Under the pieces are notes generated by a model. That model did not search any database. It was not told where the DNA came from and was given only the letters and a program-made list of their open reading frames with translations. The position numbers were made by a program, and so were the translations under genes. This document shows positions 32,076 through 43,814 of a stretch of DNA of 64,000 nucleotides, piece after piece; within the stretch, counting starts at the first letter, position 1, and each line of letters starts with the position of its first letter. Source of the stretch: Macrostomum lignano (Eukaryota); NCBI GenBank assembly GCA_002269645.1, contig NIVC01000350.1, positions 1-64,000 on the forward strand, given 5' to 3'.

Positions 32076-32489
32076 GCAGCTGCAAGCGAGTAGAGATAAA
32101 AATTAGACGATGTTAAAGTTTGAGACCGGTTCTTATGCCATTATGCACTGGCTAGGTAGGAGGTTTTCAGTTTTTTTTCAGTAAATCCACAATACGTCGC
32201 CTTCTAAAATTATTTACTCAAATTTTTTGGTCAACTTTTTCCCGAAAAAAATCTGCGAATTTAGCTCTTGTAAAAAACACGTACGCTTGCTTCATATGTA
32301 TATTCAGAAATTTATAGAAGGCTAGAGATGTTGGGGATTTAGGGCTAAAAAAACTTTTAATGTTTGAGAAGTTCTCAGTCCCCTGCAAAAGCTTGTTTTC
32401 TTAAAAATTGTCATGTTTCCGCTTTGCGTGTTAATTTTTTTGAAAACTTCAGAATTATTAGAGTTCAGTAAGGAACTTTTATTAAAAGG

Positions 32490-32860
32490 GGTGCTAGATA
32501 TGGGGACGGGTTGAGATAAGGGTGCTAGATAGGGGGACGGGTTGAGATAAGGGTGCTAGATATGGGGACGGGTTGAGATAAGGGTGCTAGATAGGGGGAC
32601 GGGTTGAGATAAGGGTGCTAGATATGGGGACGGGTTGAGATAAGGGTGCTAGATAGGGGGACGGGTTGAGATAAGGGTGCTAGATAGGGGGACGGGTTGA
32701 GATAAGGGTGCTAGATATGGGGACGGGTTGAGATAAGGGTGCTAGATAGGGGGACGGGTTGAGATAAGGGTGCTACATATGGGAACGGGTTAGATAAGGG
32801 TGCTAGCTAGATATGGGGACGGGTTGAGATAAGATGTTAGATAGGGAACGGGTTACGAGA
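32490..32860. repeat. 31-bp minisatellite (GGTGCTAGATA(T/G)GGGGACGGGTTGAGATAAG)
   Basis: About 11 units. Confidence 0.92.
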
Positions 32861-33009
32861 AGGGTTCGAAGTTATCCTACTCATCTCAATCTTTGCGCAC
32901 AAAATATTTATAATGAATACTGTTTATGACTTTCGTATATTTGTTCTTTAAGAAAATTTTTAGATATGCATGCACATAATCAGGTATTGAAGGATGTAAA
33001 CTCGCAGAT

Positions 33010-33190
33010 AATGATGTAGACTGACACAGAATGATGTAGACTGACACAGAATGATGTAGACTGACACAGAATGATGTAGACTGACACAGAATGATGTAGA
33101 CTGACACAGAATGATGTAGACTGACACAGAATGATGTAGACTGATACAGAATGATGTAGACTGACACAGAATGATGTAGACTGACACAGA
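33010..33190. repeat. 20-bp minisatellite (GAATGATGTAGACTGACACA)
   Basis: About 9 units. Confidence 0.93.
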
Positions 33191-33690
33191 GTGGCAGCAA
33201 ACAACCAAATATAAACTCTTGCTTTTTTTACCATTTTAGGCTCCAATATTCAATTCTGATATCTAGTTAATATAATTCTTTCCACAGTATATATTTATAG
33301 CTACAGTTAGTAACTCACTGAAGGCATACAAGTTGGCTTTTAAAATTTTTTAAAAACAATTATACATAAATTTTTGGGGGAAAGAAAGTGAGAAACAGAA
33401 AAGAGATCAGCAATTCAAGCTGATGGTGCGATTATTTTGCAAGTAGAAATAAACAAACAAAAGCTTTTTAAAGACGTCAAAGAGATTTATAGAAATTGCA
33501 TACGTGCATACGTTTTCATAGAATTGGGTGAGCTAAAAGTACAAATCCATAAAAGAAAAATCTCCTGTGGTAATGATACAACTCTCAATTACTAATTGTT
33601 GTTAGGTTTTCTCTCAAGACAATTATCAGATCAGTTTATTATCGATCACTTTAAGCATAATTAGGTATAAGCAATGACTAATTATGTTAA

Positions 33691-36600
33691 TTAATCTTTG
33701 CCAACCAGGGCCTGCAGCAGCTTCTTGTAGTCGCCAGATGTGTCATTCTTAATCCAGCGCCAGAGAGTCTGCTTGGTGAGCTCCAGAAAGCATTTCTTGA
33801 TCTGCACCATGTCAATCTGCACAATTGTGTTCGAGAGTTGTGAGTAAGATTGCGTTGGGAAAGGAAAAGTCAATTTCAATAACGTCCTCAATCAATGTGT
33901 CCCCATCTCTCAAAGTCACCGCTTCACTCACAACACTTCTTCCCCTACCTTACTCTTCCCCACCTCACTTCTGCCCCACCTCACTCCTCCACCACCTCAC
34001 TCCTTCCCCACCTCACTCTTAACCCACATCAACTCCTGCCCCCACCTCACTCTTCCACCACCTCACTCCTTTCCCCACCTCGCTCCTTTCTTCACCTCAC
34101 TCCTTTCTCCACCTTACTCTTTTCCCCACCTCACTCCTTCCCCACCTCACTCCTCCCCACCTCACTTCTTCCCCCACCTCAATCCTTCCCCCACCTCACT
34201 CCTTACCCCACCTCACTTCTTTTCTCGCGTTACTCTTCCTCCCAACCTCACTCCCCCACCTCGCCTCTTCCCCACCTCACTCCTTCCCCCACCTCACTCC
34301 TTCCCCCACCTCACTCCTTCCCCCCACCTCACTCCTTCCCCCACCTCACTCCTCCTCCCCACCTCACTCCTCCTCCCCACCTCACTCCTTCCCCCACCTC
34401 ACTCCTTCCCCCACCTCACTCCTCCTCCCCACCTCACTCCTTCCCACCTCACTCCTCCCCCACCTCACTTCTTCCCCACCTCACTCCTTCCCCACCTCAC
34501 TCCTTCCCCCACCTCACTCCTTCCCCCACCTCACTTCTTTTCTCGCCTTACTCTTCTTCCCAACCTCACTCCCCACCTCGCCTCTTCCCCACCTCACTCC
34601 TTCCCCCACCTCACTCCTCCTCCCCACCTCACTCCTCCTCCCCACCTCACTCCTCCTCCCGACCTCACTCCTCCTCCCCACCTCACTCCTCCTCCCCACC
34701 TCACTCCTTCCCCCACCTCACTCCTCCTCCCCACCTCAATCCTTCCCCCACCTCACTCCTTCCCCACCTCACTCCTTCCCCCACCTCACTCCTTCCCCAC
34801 CTCACTTCTTTTCTCGCCTTACTCTTCCTCCCAACCTCACTCCCCCACCTCGCCTCTTCCCCACCTCACTCCTTCCCCCACCTCACTCCTCCTCCCCACC
34901 TCACTCCTCCTCCCCACCTCACTCCTCCTCCCCACCTCACTCCTCCTCCCCACCTCACTCCTTCCCCCACCTCACTCCTCCCCACCTCACTCCTTCCCCC
35001 ACCTCACTCCTAATTCAATTCAATTCACACAGCCCACTCCCCAACTCCACCGCCTCGCACCTCGGCCCTGCTGATAATAATCCTGATCAGAGTCTTATCA
35101 TCAGTGCCAAGGCCCTTCATAGCGTCGCGCAGTCGCTCGGCAAAGTACATGGGCCGGCAGCGGATATTCATGACGATGCCGCGAAGCGCCCGCTTATAGT
35201 CGCCGCTGTCTCCCGATCGATTGAGTTCAAAATGTCGCGCTGGGCAATCTTTGAAGTTTAACAACGGATTTGAATAGGTTTAGTTTGGCGTTTCTTGGGA
35301 GTACTTTTTAGACTGCATAGGGACGTACTTTGCCAGAATTTACCTCAAGCTTAATTAGACGCTGGATAAATTTTGACCCTCTGTTGTATTCTAAAAGAAT
35401 TTACATCTCATTGCCATTTAAATAGCCTTACCAATTAACATTTCTAGCAATCTATATAATTATAACTAATCCAGGGTATCGGCTCTGACTGCATGGTTTG
35501 TGTCTGTCAAAACGCTCTCGGTTCTGCTTTTAATTAATCATTTGCAGGTAGTGTAGCTGCATGTGACCAAGCTTCTCTTATTCAACAATTTTAAATTAGT
35601 TATTTATTATTAATAACTGCTCAGCCTCCGGGCAAAGCTAGACAAGAATGATGAGGTAGAACTTTATTAAGCGTTTATGAACCAGCTGAGAGGCAAAAAA
35701 CGAGAGGCAGAGAAGTAGAAAGAGACAGAGAAGTAGAGAGAGACAGAGAAGTAGAGAGAGGCAGAGAAGTATAGAGAGGCAGAGAAGTAGAGAGAGACAG
35801 AGAAGTAGAGAGAGGCAAGAGATTTAGAGAGAGGCAGAGAAGTAGAGAGAGGCAGAGAAGTAGAGAGAGGCAGAGAAGTAGAGAGAGGCAGAGAAGTAGA
35901 GAGAGGCAGAGAAGTATAGAGAGGCAGAGAAGTAGAAAGAGACAGAGAAGTAGATAGAGGAAAGAGAAGTAGAGAGAGACAGAGAAGTAGAGAGAGGCAG
36001 AGAAGTAGAGAGAGCCAGAGAATTAGAGAGAGACAGAGAAGTAGAGAGAGACAGAGAAGTAGAGAGAGACAGAGAATTAGAGAGAGACAGAGAAGTAGAG
36101 AGAGGCAGAGAAGTAGAGAGAGGCAGAGAAGTAGAGAGGCAAGAGATTTAGAGAGAGACAGAGAAGTAGAGAGAGGCAGAGAAGTAGAGAGAGACAGAGA
36201 ATTAGAGAGAGACAGAGAAGTAGAGAGAGACAGAGAAGTAGAGAGAGACAGAGAATTAGAGAGAGACAGAGAAGTAGAGAGAGGCAGAGAAGTAGAGAGA
36301 GGCAAGAGATTAGAGAGAGACAGAGAAGTAGAGAGAGGCAGAGAAGTAGAGAGAGGCAAGAGATTTAGAGAGAGACAGAGAAGTAGAGAGAGGCAGAGAA
36401 GTAGAGAGAGGCAGAGAATTAGAGAGAGACAGAGAAGTAGAGAGAGGCAGAGAAGTAGAGAGAGCAGAGAAGTAGAGAGAGGCAGAGAAGTAGAGAGAGG
36501 CAAGAGATTTAGAGAGAGACAGAGAAGTAGAGAGAGGCAGAGAAGTAGAGAGAGGCAGAGAAGTAGAGAGAGGCAGAGAAGTAGAGAGAGGCAGAGAATT

Positions 36601-39389
36601 AGAGAGAGACAGAGAAGTAGAGAGAGGCAAGAGAATTAGAGAGAGACAGAGAAGTAGAGAGAGGCAGAGAAGTAGAGAGAGGCAAGAGAATTAGAGAGAG
36701 ACAGAGAAGTAGAGAGAGGCAAGAGAATTAGAGAGAGACAGAGAAGTAGAGAGAGGCAGAGAAGTAGAGAGAGACAGAGAAGTAGAGAGAGGCAGAGAAG
36801 TAGAGAGAGCCAGAGAATTAGAGAGAGGCAGAGAAGTAGAGAGAGACAGAGAAGTAGAGAGAGGCAAGAGAATTAGAGAGAGGCAGAGAATTAGAGAGAG
36901 GCAGAGAATTAGAGAGAGACAGAGAAGTAGAGAGAGGCAGAGAATTAGAGAGAGGCAGAGAATTAGAGAGAGGCAGAGAAGTGGAGAGACAGAGAAGTAG
37001 AGAGAGGCAAGAGAATTAGAGAGAGGCAGAGAATTAGAGAGAGACAGAGAAGTAGAGAGAGACAGAGAAGTAGAGAGAGACAGAGAAGTAGAGAGAGAGA
37101 GGCAAGAGAATTAGAGAGAGGCAAGAGAAGTAGAGAGAGGCGGAGAAGTATAGAGAGGCAGAGAATTAGAGAGAGGCAGAGAAGTAGAGAGAGACAGAAA
37201 AGTAGAGAGAGGCAAGAGAAATAGAGAGAGACAGAGAAGTATAGAGAGGCAGAGAATTAGAGAGAGGCAAAGAAGTAGAGAGAGGCAGAGAAGTAGAGAG
37301 AGGCAGAGAAGTAGAAGGACACAGAAGTAGATAGACAAGGATAAATTTGTTGGTAGTAATGCAAATGTTGCACCTTAACGTATTCGGTCCAGATCTCTCT
37401 CAGAGAGTAGTAGTCCCTAGTGGAGAAGATCAGGTTAAACGTCTCCTCGTCGGTACCCAGCGTTCTTCACCGGCTTTAAAAAGCCTGTTGGCGTCGTTCT
37501 TAGCCTGGAATGTGTGGGCAGTTGGTGAGATTTGTTCATCAAATGATACTACCTGTGTCCTGTGTGCATTTTTACTGATAGTAGTGTAGTTAAAAAATTA
37601 TAGGAAAATCTCCACGATCGCCACTCACCTTCTGCATGTCCACCAGCTTCTGGTAGTTAATGTCGAACATTCCAGTCGGCTTGTCGTTGGCGATCACCTC
37701 CTCGACAGCCTGCTCAAGGCGCTCGCGGGTGATCTCATAGCGACCGCCCTGCATTGAAGAGTTTGGGGTTGGGCTCCAGCTCCGTCTCTTGTTTTCATCT
37801 CCACTCTCTCTCAAACTCCACTCTCTTTTCCACTCTCTCCCATCTCCTCTCTTGCTCATTCCCACTCTCTCTCATTTCCACTCTCTCATTTCCACTCTCT
37901 TCATCTCACTCTCTCTCCATCTCATCTCTCTCATCTCACTCTCTCTCACTCTCTCCACTCTCTCTCATCTCGAATCTCTCTCAACTCCACTCTCATTTCC
38001 ACTCTCTCTCATCTCGAATCTCTCTCAACTCCACTCTCATTTCCAATCTCTCTCATCTCGAATCTCTCTCAACTCCACTCTCATTTCCACTCTCTCTCAT
38101 CTCGAATCTCTCTCAACTCCACTCTCTCTCATCTCGAATCTCTCTCAACTCCACTCTCTCTCATCTCGAATCTCTCTCAACTCCACTCTCATCTCCACTC
38201 TCTCTCATCTCGAATCTCTCTCAAACTCCACTCTCTTCTCCACTCTCTCCCATTTCCTCTCTCTCATCTCCACTCTCTATCATCTCCACTCTCTCTATCA
38301 TCTCCACTCTCTCCCATCTCCTCTCTCTCTCATCTCCACTCTCTCTCATCTCCATCTCCACTCTCTCCCATCTCCTCTCTCTTATCTCCACTCTCTCTCT
38401 CATCTCTACTCTCTCTATCATCTCCACTCTCTATCATCTCTACTCTCTCTATCATCTCCACTCTCTATCTCACCTCCATCTTCACACTCTGTCCTCTCCA
38501 TCTTCAGCCTCTCTTTCACCTCCCGATTCCAATCCCCTGCACACCTGTGAGGCAGCCACGAGCAGCTTCTTGAAGTTTCCGCTGGTGTCCCCGCGGATGT
38601 CGTCTTCCAGCAGCGACTTGGACGCCTTCCTGTTCGGGCTGGCCACGTCGGTGTAGACCTCCTTCATCTCGCGAATCTGCGCGTTGGTCCGCGTCATGAA
38701 GATCTCGATGAGAGCCTGCTCGTCCGTGCCCAGGCCGTAGATGGCCTCCTTGACCGACCAGGCGTCGTAGATTGCCGGCTGCACGAAGCAGGCCATGACG
38801 GCTTCGCGAAATCGCCCGACAGCTCGCTCTTGATGTCGGTGATGAGATCGCGGCCGTACATGGTCTTGAACATCTCCTTGAGGCGCTGGCGCTGGGCGTT
38901 GCACCGCGTGGCCACGACATGGATGATGGCGTCTTCGTCAGTGCCCAGGCCTTTCATCGCCTTGCGCAGGTATTCACAATCGGCCTCCGGATCCCACGGC
39001 TTGTCAGCGAGGTCCTGGCTGCGTTCCTTTCTGTAGAAGTCCGCGACCGGATCATCGGCAGGATAGTTGCCGAACGGCTTCACGGTGCCCTCTGTGATCT
39101 CGAAAGTCCCGGACACTGACAGCCGCCGCATCAGCTCGTCGACGAACATTTTCTTGATCTCGGCTTTCAGCGTGTCGCTTTTGGCGACCTCATCCTGGGC
39201 GGCGGTGCTGGCTGCGGTTGGGTGGGGAGAGAGCGCGAACCCGATTTAACTAAGGGTAACTAAGGGTATCGTGAAGAAAATTCTATTAGAGAAAAATGAA
39301 GCTTTAATCCACAAAAATCCACGATATGGAGCGAGAGGGAAAAACAGCAATCCTAGCAATCCATAAAAACCCTTCCAACCCGAGGGAGA

Positions 39390-39468
<79 letters not shown>

Positions 39469-40809
39469 GAAGCTTCAATCCACAAAAATCCACGAGAGAG
39501 GCGAACAACAATCCACAAAAATCCACGAGAGAGGCGAACAACAATCCACAAAAATCCACGAGAGAGGCGAACAACAATCTACAAAAATCCACGAGAGAGG
39601 CGAACAACAATCCACAAAAATCCACGAGAGAGGCGAACAACAATCCACAAAAATCCACGAGAGAGGCGAACAACAATCTACAAAAATCCACGAGAGAGGC
39701 GAACAACAATCCACAAAAATCCACGAGAGAGGCGAACAACAATCCACAAAAATCCACGAGAGAGGCGAACAACAATCTACAACAACCCACGAAAGACAGA
39801 CGAAGCTCCAGTGCACATAACCCACGAGAGAGGAACAGACGAAGCTTCAATCACAACAACCCAACGAATGCAGAGGAGCTCCAGTAAGACTGACTCACCG
39901 GAGCGGTGGGCGCAGCTGCGATCTGCTGCGGCTCCTGCTGGTACATGGCGCCGCCGGCCTGCATGCGCTGATGCTCAGCCGCCATGGCCGCCATCTGGCG
40001 CTGCATCTGCTGCATGGCGAACGTCTGCTGATCGTATATCTGCGTGTTCATGTGGTTGATGTAGGAACTGTACGGCATTGACTGCGGCTCCACTGGGACG
40101 GGTGCCGGCATCTGAAATTCGAAATTCGGTATTTGATTGTCTTATTAAAACTTTCTTCATAGCGTGAAAAGGTTAGTATATTCCACAGATACTGAGAATA
40201 ACTCACAGATACTAGAATAATAGTTATTCTTCTAGTATCTGTAGAATAGCTAGATGGGCCACTCAGCACATTTGCGTGTAAGCTACTTTCAGTTCAGTAG
40301 CAGGGTTAGACAGAAGCATTTTAATGTATTTTTAAAGCCAAGGCTCATTGATCGGCTCTTACCCAGCCCCCCGGGTTAAACCCTCCAACCGCGCCTTTCC
40401 ACACTACCCCCGCCCCAATTTTTATTGTCTTTCTCGGAATTCCAGCCTAAAGCTGCCATGTACATTTCAGTGGACTGGCTAATGTACATTATTGCTGAAC
40501 CAATTAGCAAGTTGTTTACGCCTGCAAGCTTGGGCTTCGAAACTTTTCAAAGTCATTTCAGCTGCCTTTATTTTTATATAATAGCTTATGTATTCTTCTT
40601 TGCTACTGAACTGAAAGTAGAAAGCTGTTTTACTAAGTATATATGCCTGAGTGGCCCATCCAGTTATTTTAGTATCTGTGGTATTACTCATACTCATACC
40701 ATCTGCGGCTGGGCACCATAGTGCTGATTCATTTGCTGCACCGCCGGTACCGACTGGAAGGAGGCAAAAGCGTGACTCTGCTGCCAGCCAAGGCCGCTAC
40801 CCGGAGGGG
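33691..40809 (-). CDS. Annexin (4 repeats, long Q/M/A/P-rich N-terminus); 5'-partial; carries 1-nt frameshifts
   Basis: Exons 40809-40700, 40111-39899, about 39212-38545, 37748-37629, 37504-37374, 35248-35061, 33816-33691. Motifs are [39 protein letters not shown] and SGD(F/Y)KKLL. Single-base deficits at 38808, 37456-37458, about 35208 and probably the 39899 junction. No premature nonsense codon remains once repaired. Confidence 0.93.
33940..35012. repeat. C-rich intronic repeat (CCTCACTCCTTCCCCA-like)
   Basis: Fills the last annexin intron; G-rich on the sense strand. Confidence 0.92.
35695..37330. repeat. 18-bp purine-rich intronic minisatellite (AGAGAGAG(G/A)CAGAGAAGT)
   Basis: About 90 units in an annexin intron. 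Confidence 0.95.
37785..38490. repeat. CT-rich degenerate intronic repeat (TCTCTCTCATCTCGAA/CAACTCCAC)
   Basis: Fills annexin intron 38544-37749. Confidence 0.88.
39385..39790. repeat. (AG)n microsatellite followed by a 33-bp minisatellite (ATCCACAAAAATCCACGAGAGAGGCGAACAACA)
   Basis: (AG)n at 39385-39467; about 9 units of 33 bp at 39476-39790; annexin intron. Confidence 0.93.
40183..40681. mobile_element. MITE copy A (non-autonomous DNA transposon) in an annexin intron
   Basis: Termini CCACAGATACT..AGTATCTGTGG, inner 14-bp perfect inverted repeat GATGGGCCACTCAG/CTGAGTGGCCCATC, flanked by TATT on both sides, homologous throughout to 25476-25917. Confidence 0.8.
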
Positions 40810-43221
40810 CTGCGGTGGTTTTTGAAGAGTTTAATTATTTTTTAATCGTCTAAAGCTGTATCCTTATTGGGTAAAATCAGAAAAAAACAGCTACATTCGA
40901 ACCAACATTACCCTGCTGACCATAGGCCTGACCATAATTGACATTGTAAGACGAACTCATTGCACCGTAGGCGTTCTGACTGAACACGCCTCCTGATGGG
41001 GGATAGTTACTTCCATACTGAAAATTTAATTGTTAGGTGCTTTGTCTAGATTTTAATTTAGAATTAGTAATATACATGTAGAAAGTTTTATGTAGGCAGA
41101 TTTTGTCAATTTACTTTGTGAATTACAGTGCAAGAAGACAATTTGTAAACGGAAAATTGAATTCCGTTTGTATAGGATAAGTTTGCTGATATTTTATTTA
41201 TAGTGTTGTATCATGTATCATTTTTATTCTTTAACATCTTAACATAAAGCTTCATTGCAAACAACCAATAATCTATACAACAAATCACATTATGACTTAA
41301 TAAACTCTGAATACTTTGAGCAATCATTAAATAAGGGAAAGTTTACAAAAAACCTAAAGGTTTTAGCCTAAACACACTACAATATTATTAAAATATATAT
41401 TTAAAAAATAATATTGTCATTTCGAGACAAATTTAGTCATTGTAAAATCTAAGGTCCTATTATTCGTAGCAATGACTGACTCATATGAATTGGCAAAATG
41501 TATGCTTTACTTACGAATGCCATGTTGTTTAAGCTCAGGATACCGTGGTAATAGCTAAAGTTTCTTTTTGAAAATCACCAGTACCAGTGCATACCAGAAA
41601 AATTATTTGAAGCACTAATAACTAACTTGAAGCTGGAACTGTTTACATTAGACATTTGTATACAGTAACACTTACGTTTCAGAAAAATATTTAACTGATT
41701 ATTTAATAAAAAGAAAATAAATTTTGCTTGGTAATTAGTCTTTTCAAATATTTTTATTACAAGTACAAAAGTTTTGATTTAATTCTTTAAGTTCATCGAA
41801 CGTTCGAATTCTGTTAAGTCCGGACAATGCAAACTTATACTGTACAAGCTACTCAGAAACTTAACTTTCATAGTTCGCCGTTTTTTGAAAGTTTTTTTAT
41901 GATCTGCTGAATTGTTTTAAAACAAATATTGTTTGTAAAAATGTGAGCTTCAAGGACTACTAGACTAACATTTAAACATTTCAGTGGTCCTTGTTGGTGA
42001 GCTTTTGCAGTGAAGCCCTATACTTTGATTGTTTTGTGTTTTTTCACTAGACGTGAAAACTCTTAGTATTTCTTTTTTATGAATGCGAAATCTTTTTGCG
42101 ATTTTTATTTAGAGTATGTATTTAATTTTTACTCATTTTGCATTACGAGTACATGTATAAATTTCACAGATATTTGCATGGAAATTTGGAACAATTCATG
42201 CATGAATACATGCGCATGTACTAGCAAGCATGCTTCTCAATTTAATTAAATTTAAGATACAGACAGCATGCAGGAAAAAATAATCGATCGTAATTAAATC
42301 GAGCAAAATAATATCGCAAAACAAAAACTGCATATGTAATTTGTAAGATGTACTACTATTCACTATTTTACTATTTTACTTACATTATTACTTGAAGTAG
42401 AAAATTTTTCCCGGGGTTGCGTTGATTAGCGTGGCTTTCACTTGAAAACGATCAAACGTGGCCTTAATTGGACTCCTCCCCCACAAGATCCTTAAGGCGG
42501 CAATACACACTTTATGCTATATGGTTTCTATTTCATTAAAAAGCGACCAGATGCCCATGTCAAATCTTATCTGCCCCAACGGCTGTTTATTCCCCAATTG
42601 TTCCAAGAATATATCATGCTTTCAATATGTCTTTAAGCGCGCGACCCCCCGACGCCATTCATCATGCGCCCTTGACCGCAGTTAACTCTGGAGCTCGCGC
42701 GGCTGCAGCTGTTGCGAGCGCCTGGAAAGGAAAGGATGGCGCGGGGAGGAGAATTGGTAAAAAAACGGGATGGTAGATACGCGGCCGAGAAGAAAAAGCA
42801 GGCAAATATGGTCAAGCTGAAAGCAACTTCCGGGAAGAAGGAATCAGAAGGAATAAAGAAAATGGACCGACAGAAAACAACAAGCCGGCAGCTTATGCCT
42901 TTGTCGGAATATATCATCTCTGCATTTGCGAGGCCGAATGTAGTTTGCTATTTCTGGGGCAATTCCATGCACTCCACCCTTTTCCAATATCTTATCAATA
43001 AAATCTGCAACCAGAGGTCTAGAAAGATCCCATAGGGATCCCACATTTGCATTGCTTCAAACACTAATCTGTATGTCTAGCAGCTCTGTAAACTCTGAAA
43101 TTGCATTAAGGCTACTTATATAGACTTTGGATGTTAATTAGAAATTTCTAATTACCTACCTATTGATTCTGCATTGCACCTCATCAATAGTTCTAGCATG
43201 TAGTCTGACACTTGTACATGT

Positions 43222-43442
43222 ACTGTAACACTTGTTTGATTGTGTCTGTTGGTTACTGTAACACTTGTGTGATTGTGCGTGTTGGTTACTGTAACACTTG
43301 TGTGATTGTGCGTGTTGGTTACTGTAACACTTGTGTGATTGTGCGTGTTGGTTACTGTAACACTTGTGTGATTGTGCGTGTTGGTTACTGTAACACTTGT
43401 GTGATTGTGCGTGTTGGTTACTGTAACACTTGTTTGACTGTG
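43222..43442. repeat. 33-bp minisatellite interrupted by the LTR element (GTTGGTTACTGTAACACTTGTGTGATTGTGCGT)
   Basis: About 6.5 units; the last unit resumes at 50187-50212 after the 3' LTR. Confidence 0.93.
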
Positions 43443-43728
43443 TGTTTGGGAGGTAGATTAGTAGCATTGATTTTCTTTCCAATTCCACTGCGTGATTTAA
43501 TGTACGTGTTTATTATTCAATTTTCTATGTACGCTGATTTAGCCCAGGCCCATCTCACCCACCCCCCTCCACGCTGGCTGATTCTGACTGACTGCAATAA
43601 ATATATCATCGAGAGGGCTTATTAGCCCTGTGTACGGTTTACGCTTTTCGTTTTGTTAGCGTCTCGCTTGAGCCTCAGCTCCAAAATAGTTATTGGCGGA
43701 CCATCGGTCTTTTCATTTCTATAGTACA
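43443..43728 (+). repeat. 5' LTR
   Basis: TGTTTGGGAGG..CTATAGTACA, a direct repeat of 49901-50186; contains AATAAA. Confidence 0.97.
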
Positions 43729-43731
43729 TTT

Positions 43732-43749
43732 TGGTAGCAGAGCGTGGTT
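43732..43749 (+). promoter_or_regulatory. Primer-binding site, complementary to the initiator tRNA-Met 3' end
   Basis: TGGTAGCAGAGCGTGGTT lies 3 nt after the 5' LTR; it is the reverse complement of ..AACCACGCTCTGCTACCA. Confidence 0.8.
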
Positions 43750-43814
43750 GGACAAGCCTAACTTACCACTGACGTGGCAAGCAATAGAACCCTACTGTGA
43801 AACGAAGGACCAGG

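Noticed and set aside
33691-40809. Annexin as a pseudogene
   Set aside because: Splice sites and all four repeats are intact, with no nonsense substitutions once single bases are restored. Assembly error is more parsimonious, though not proven.
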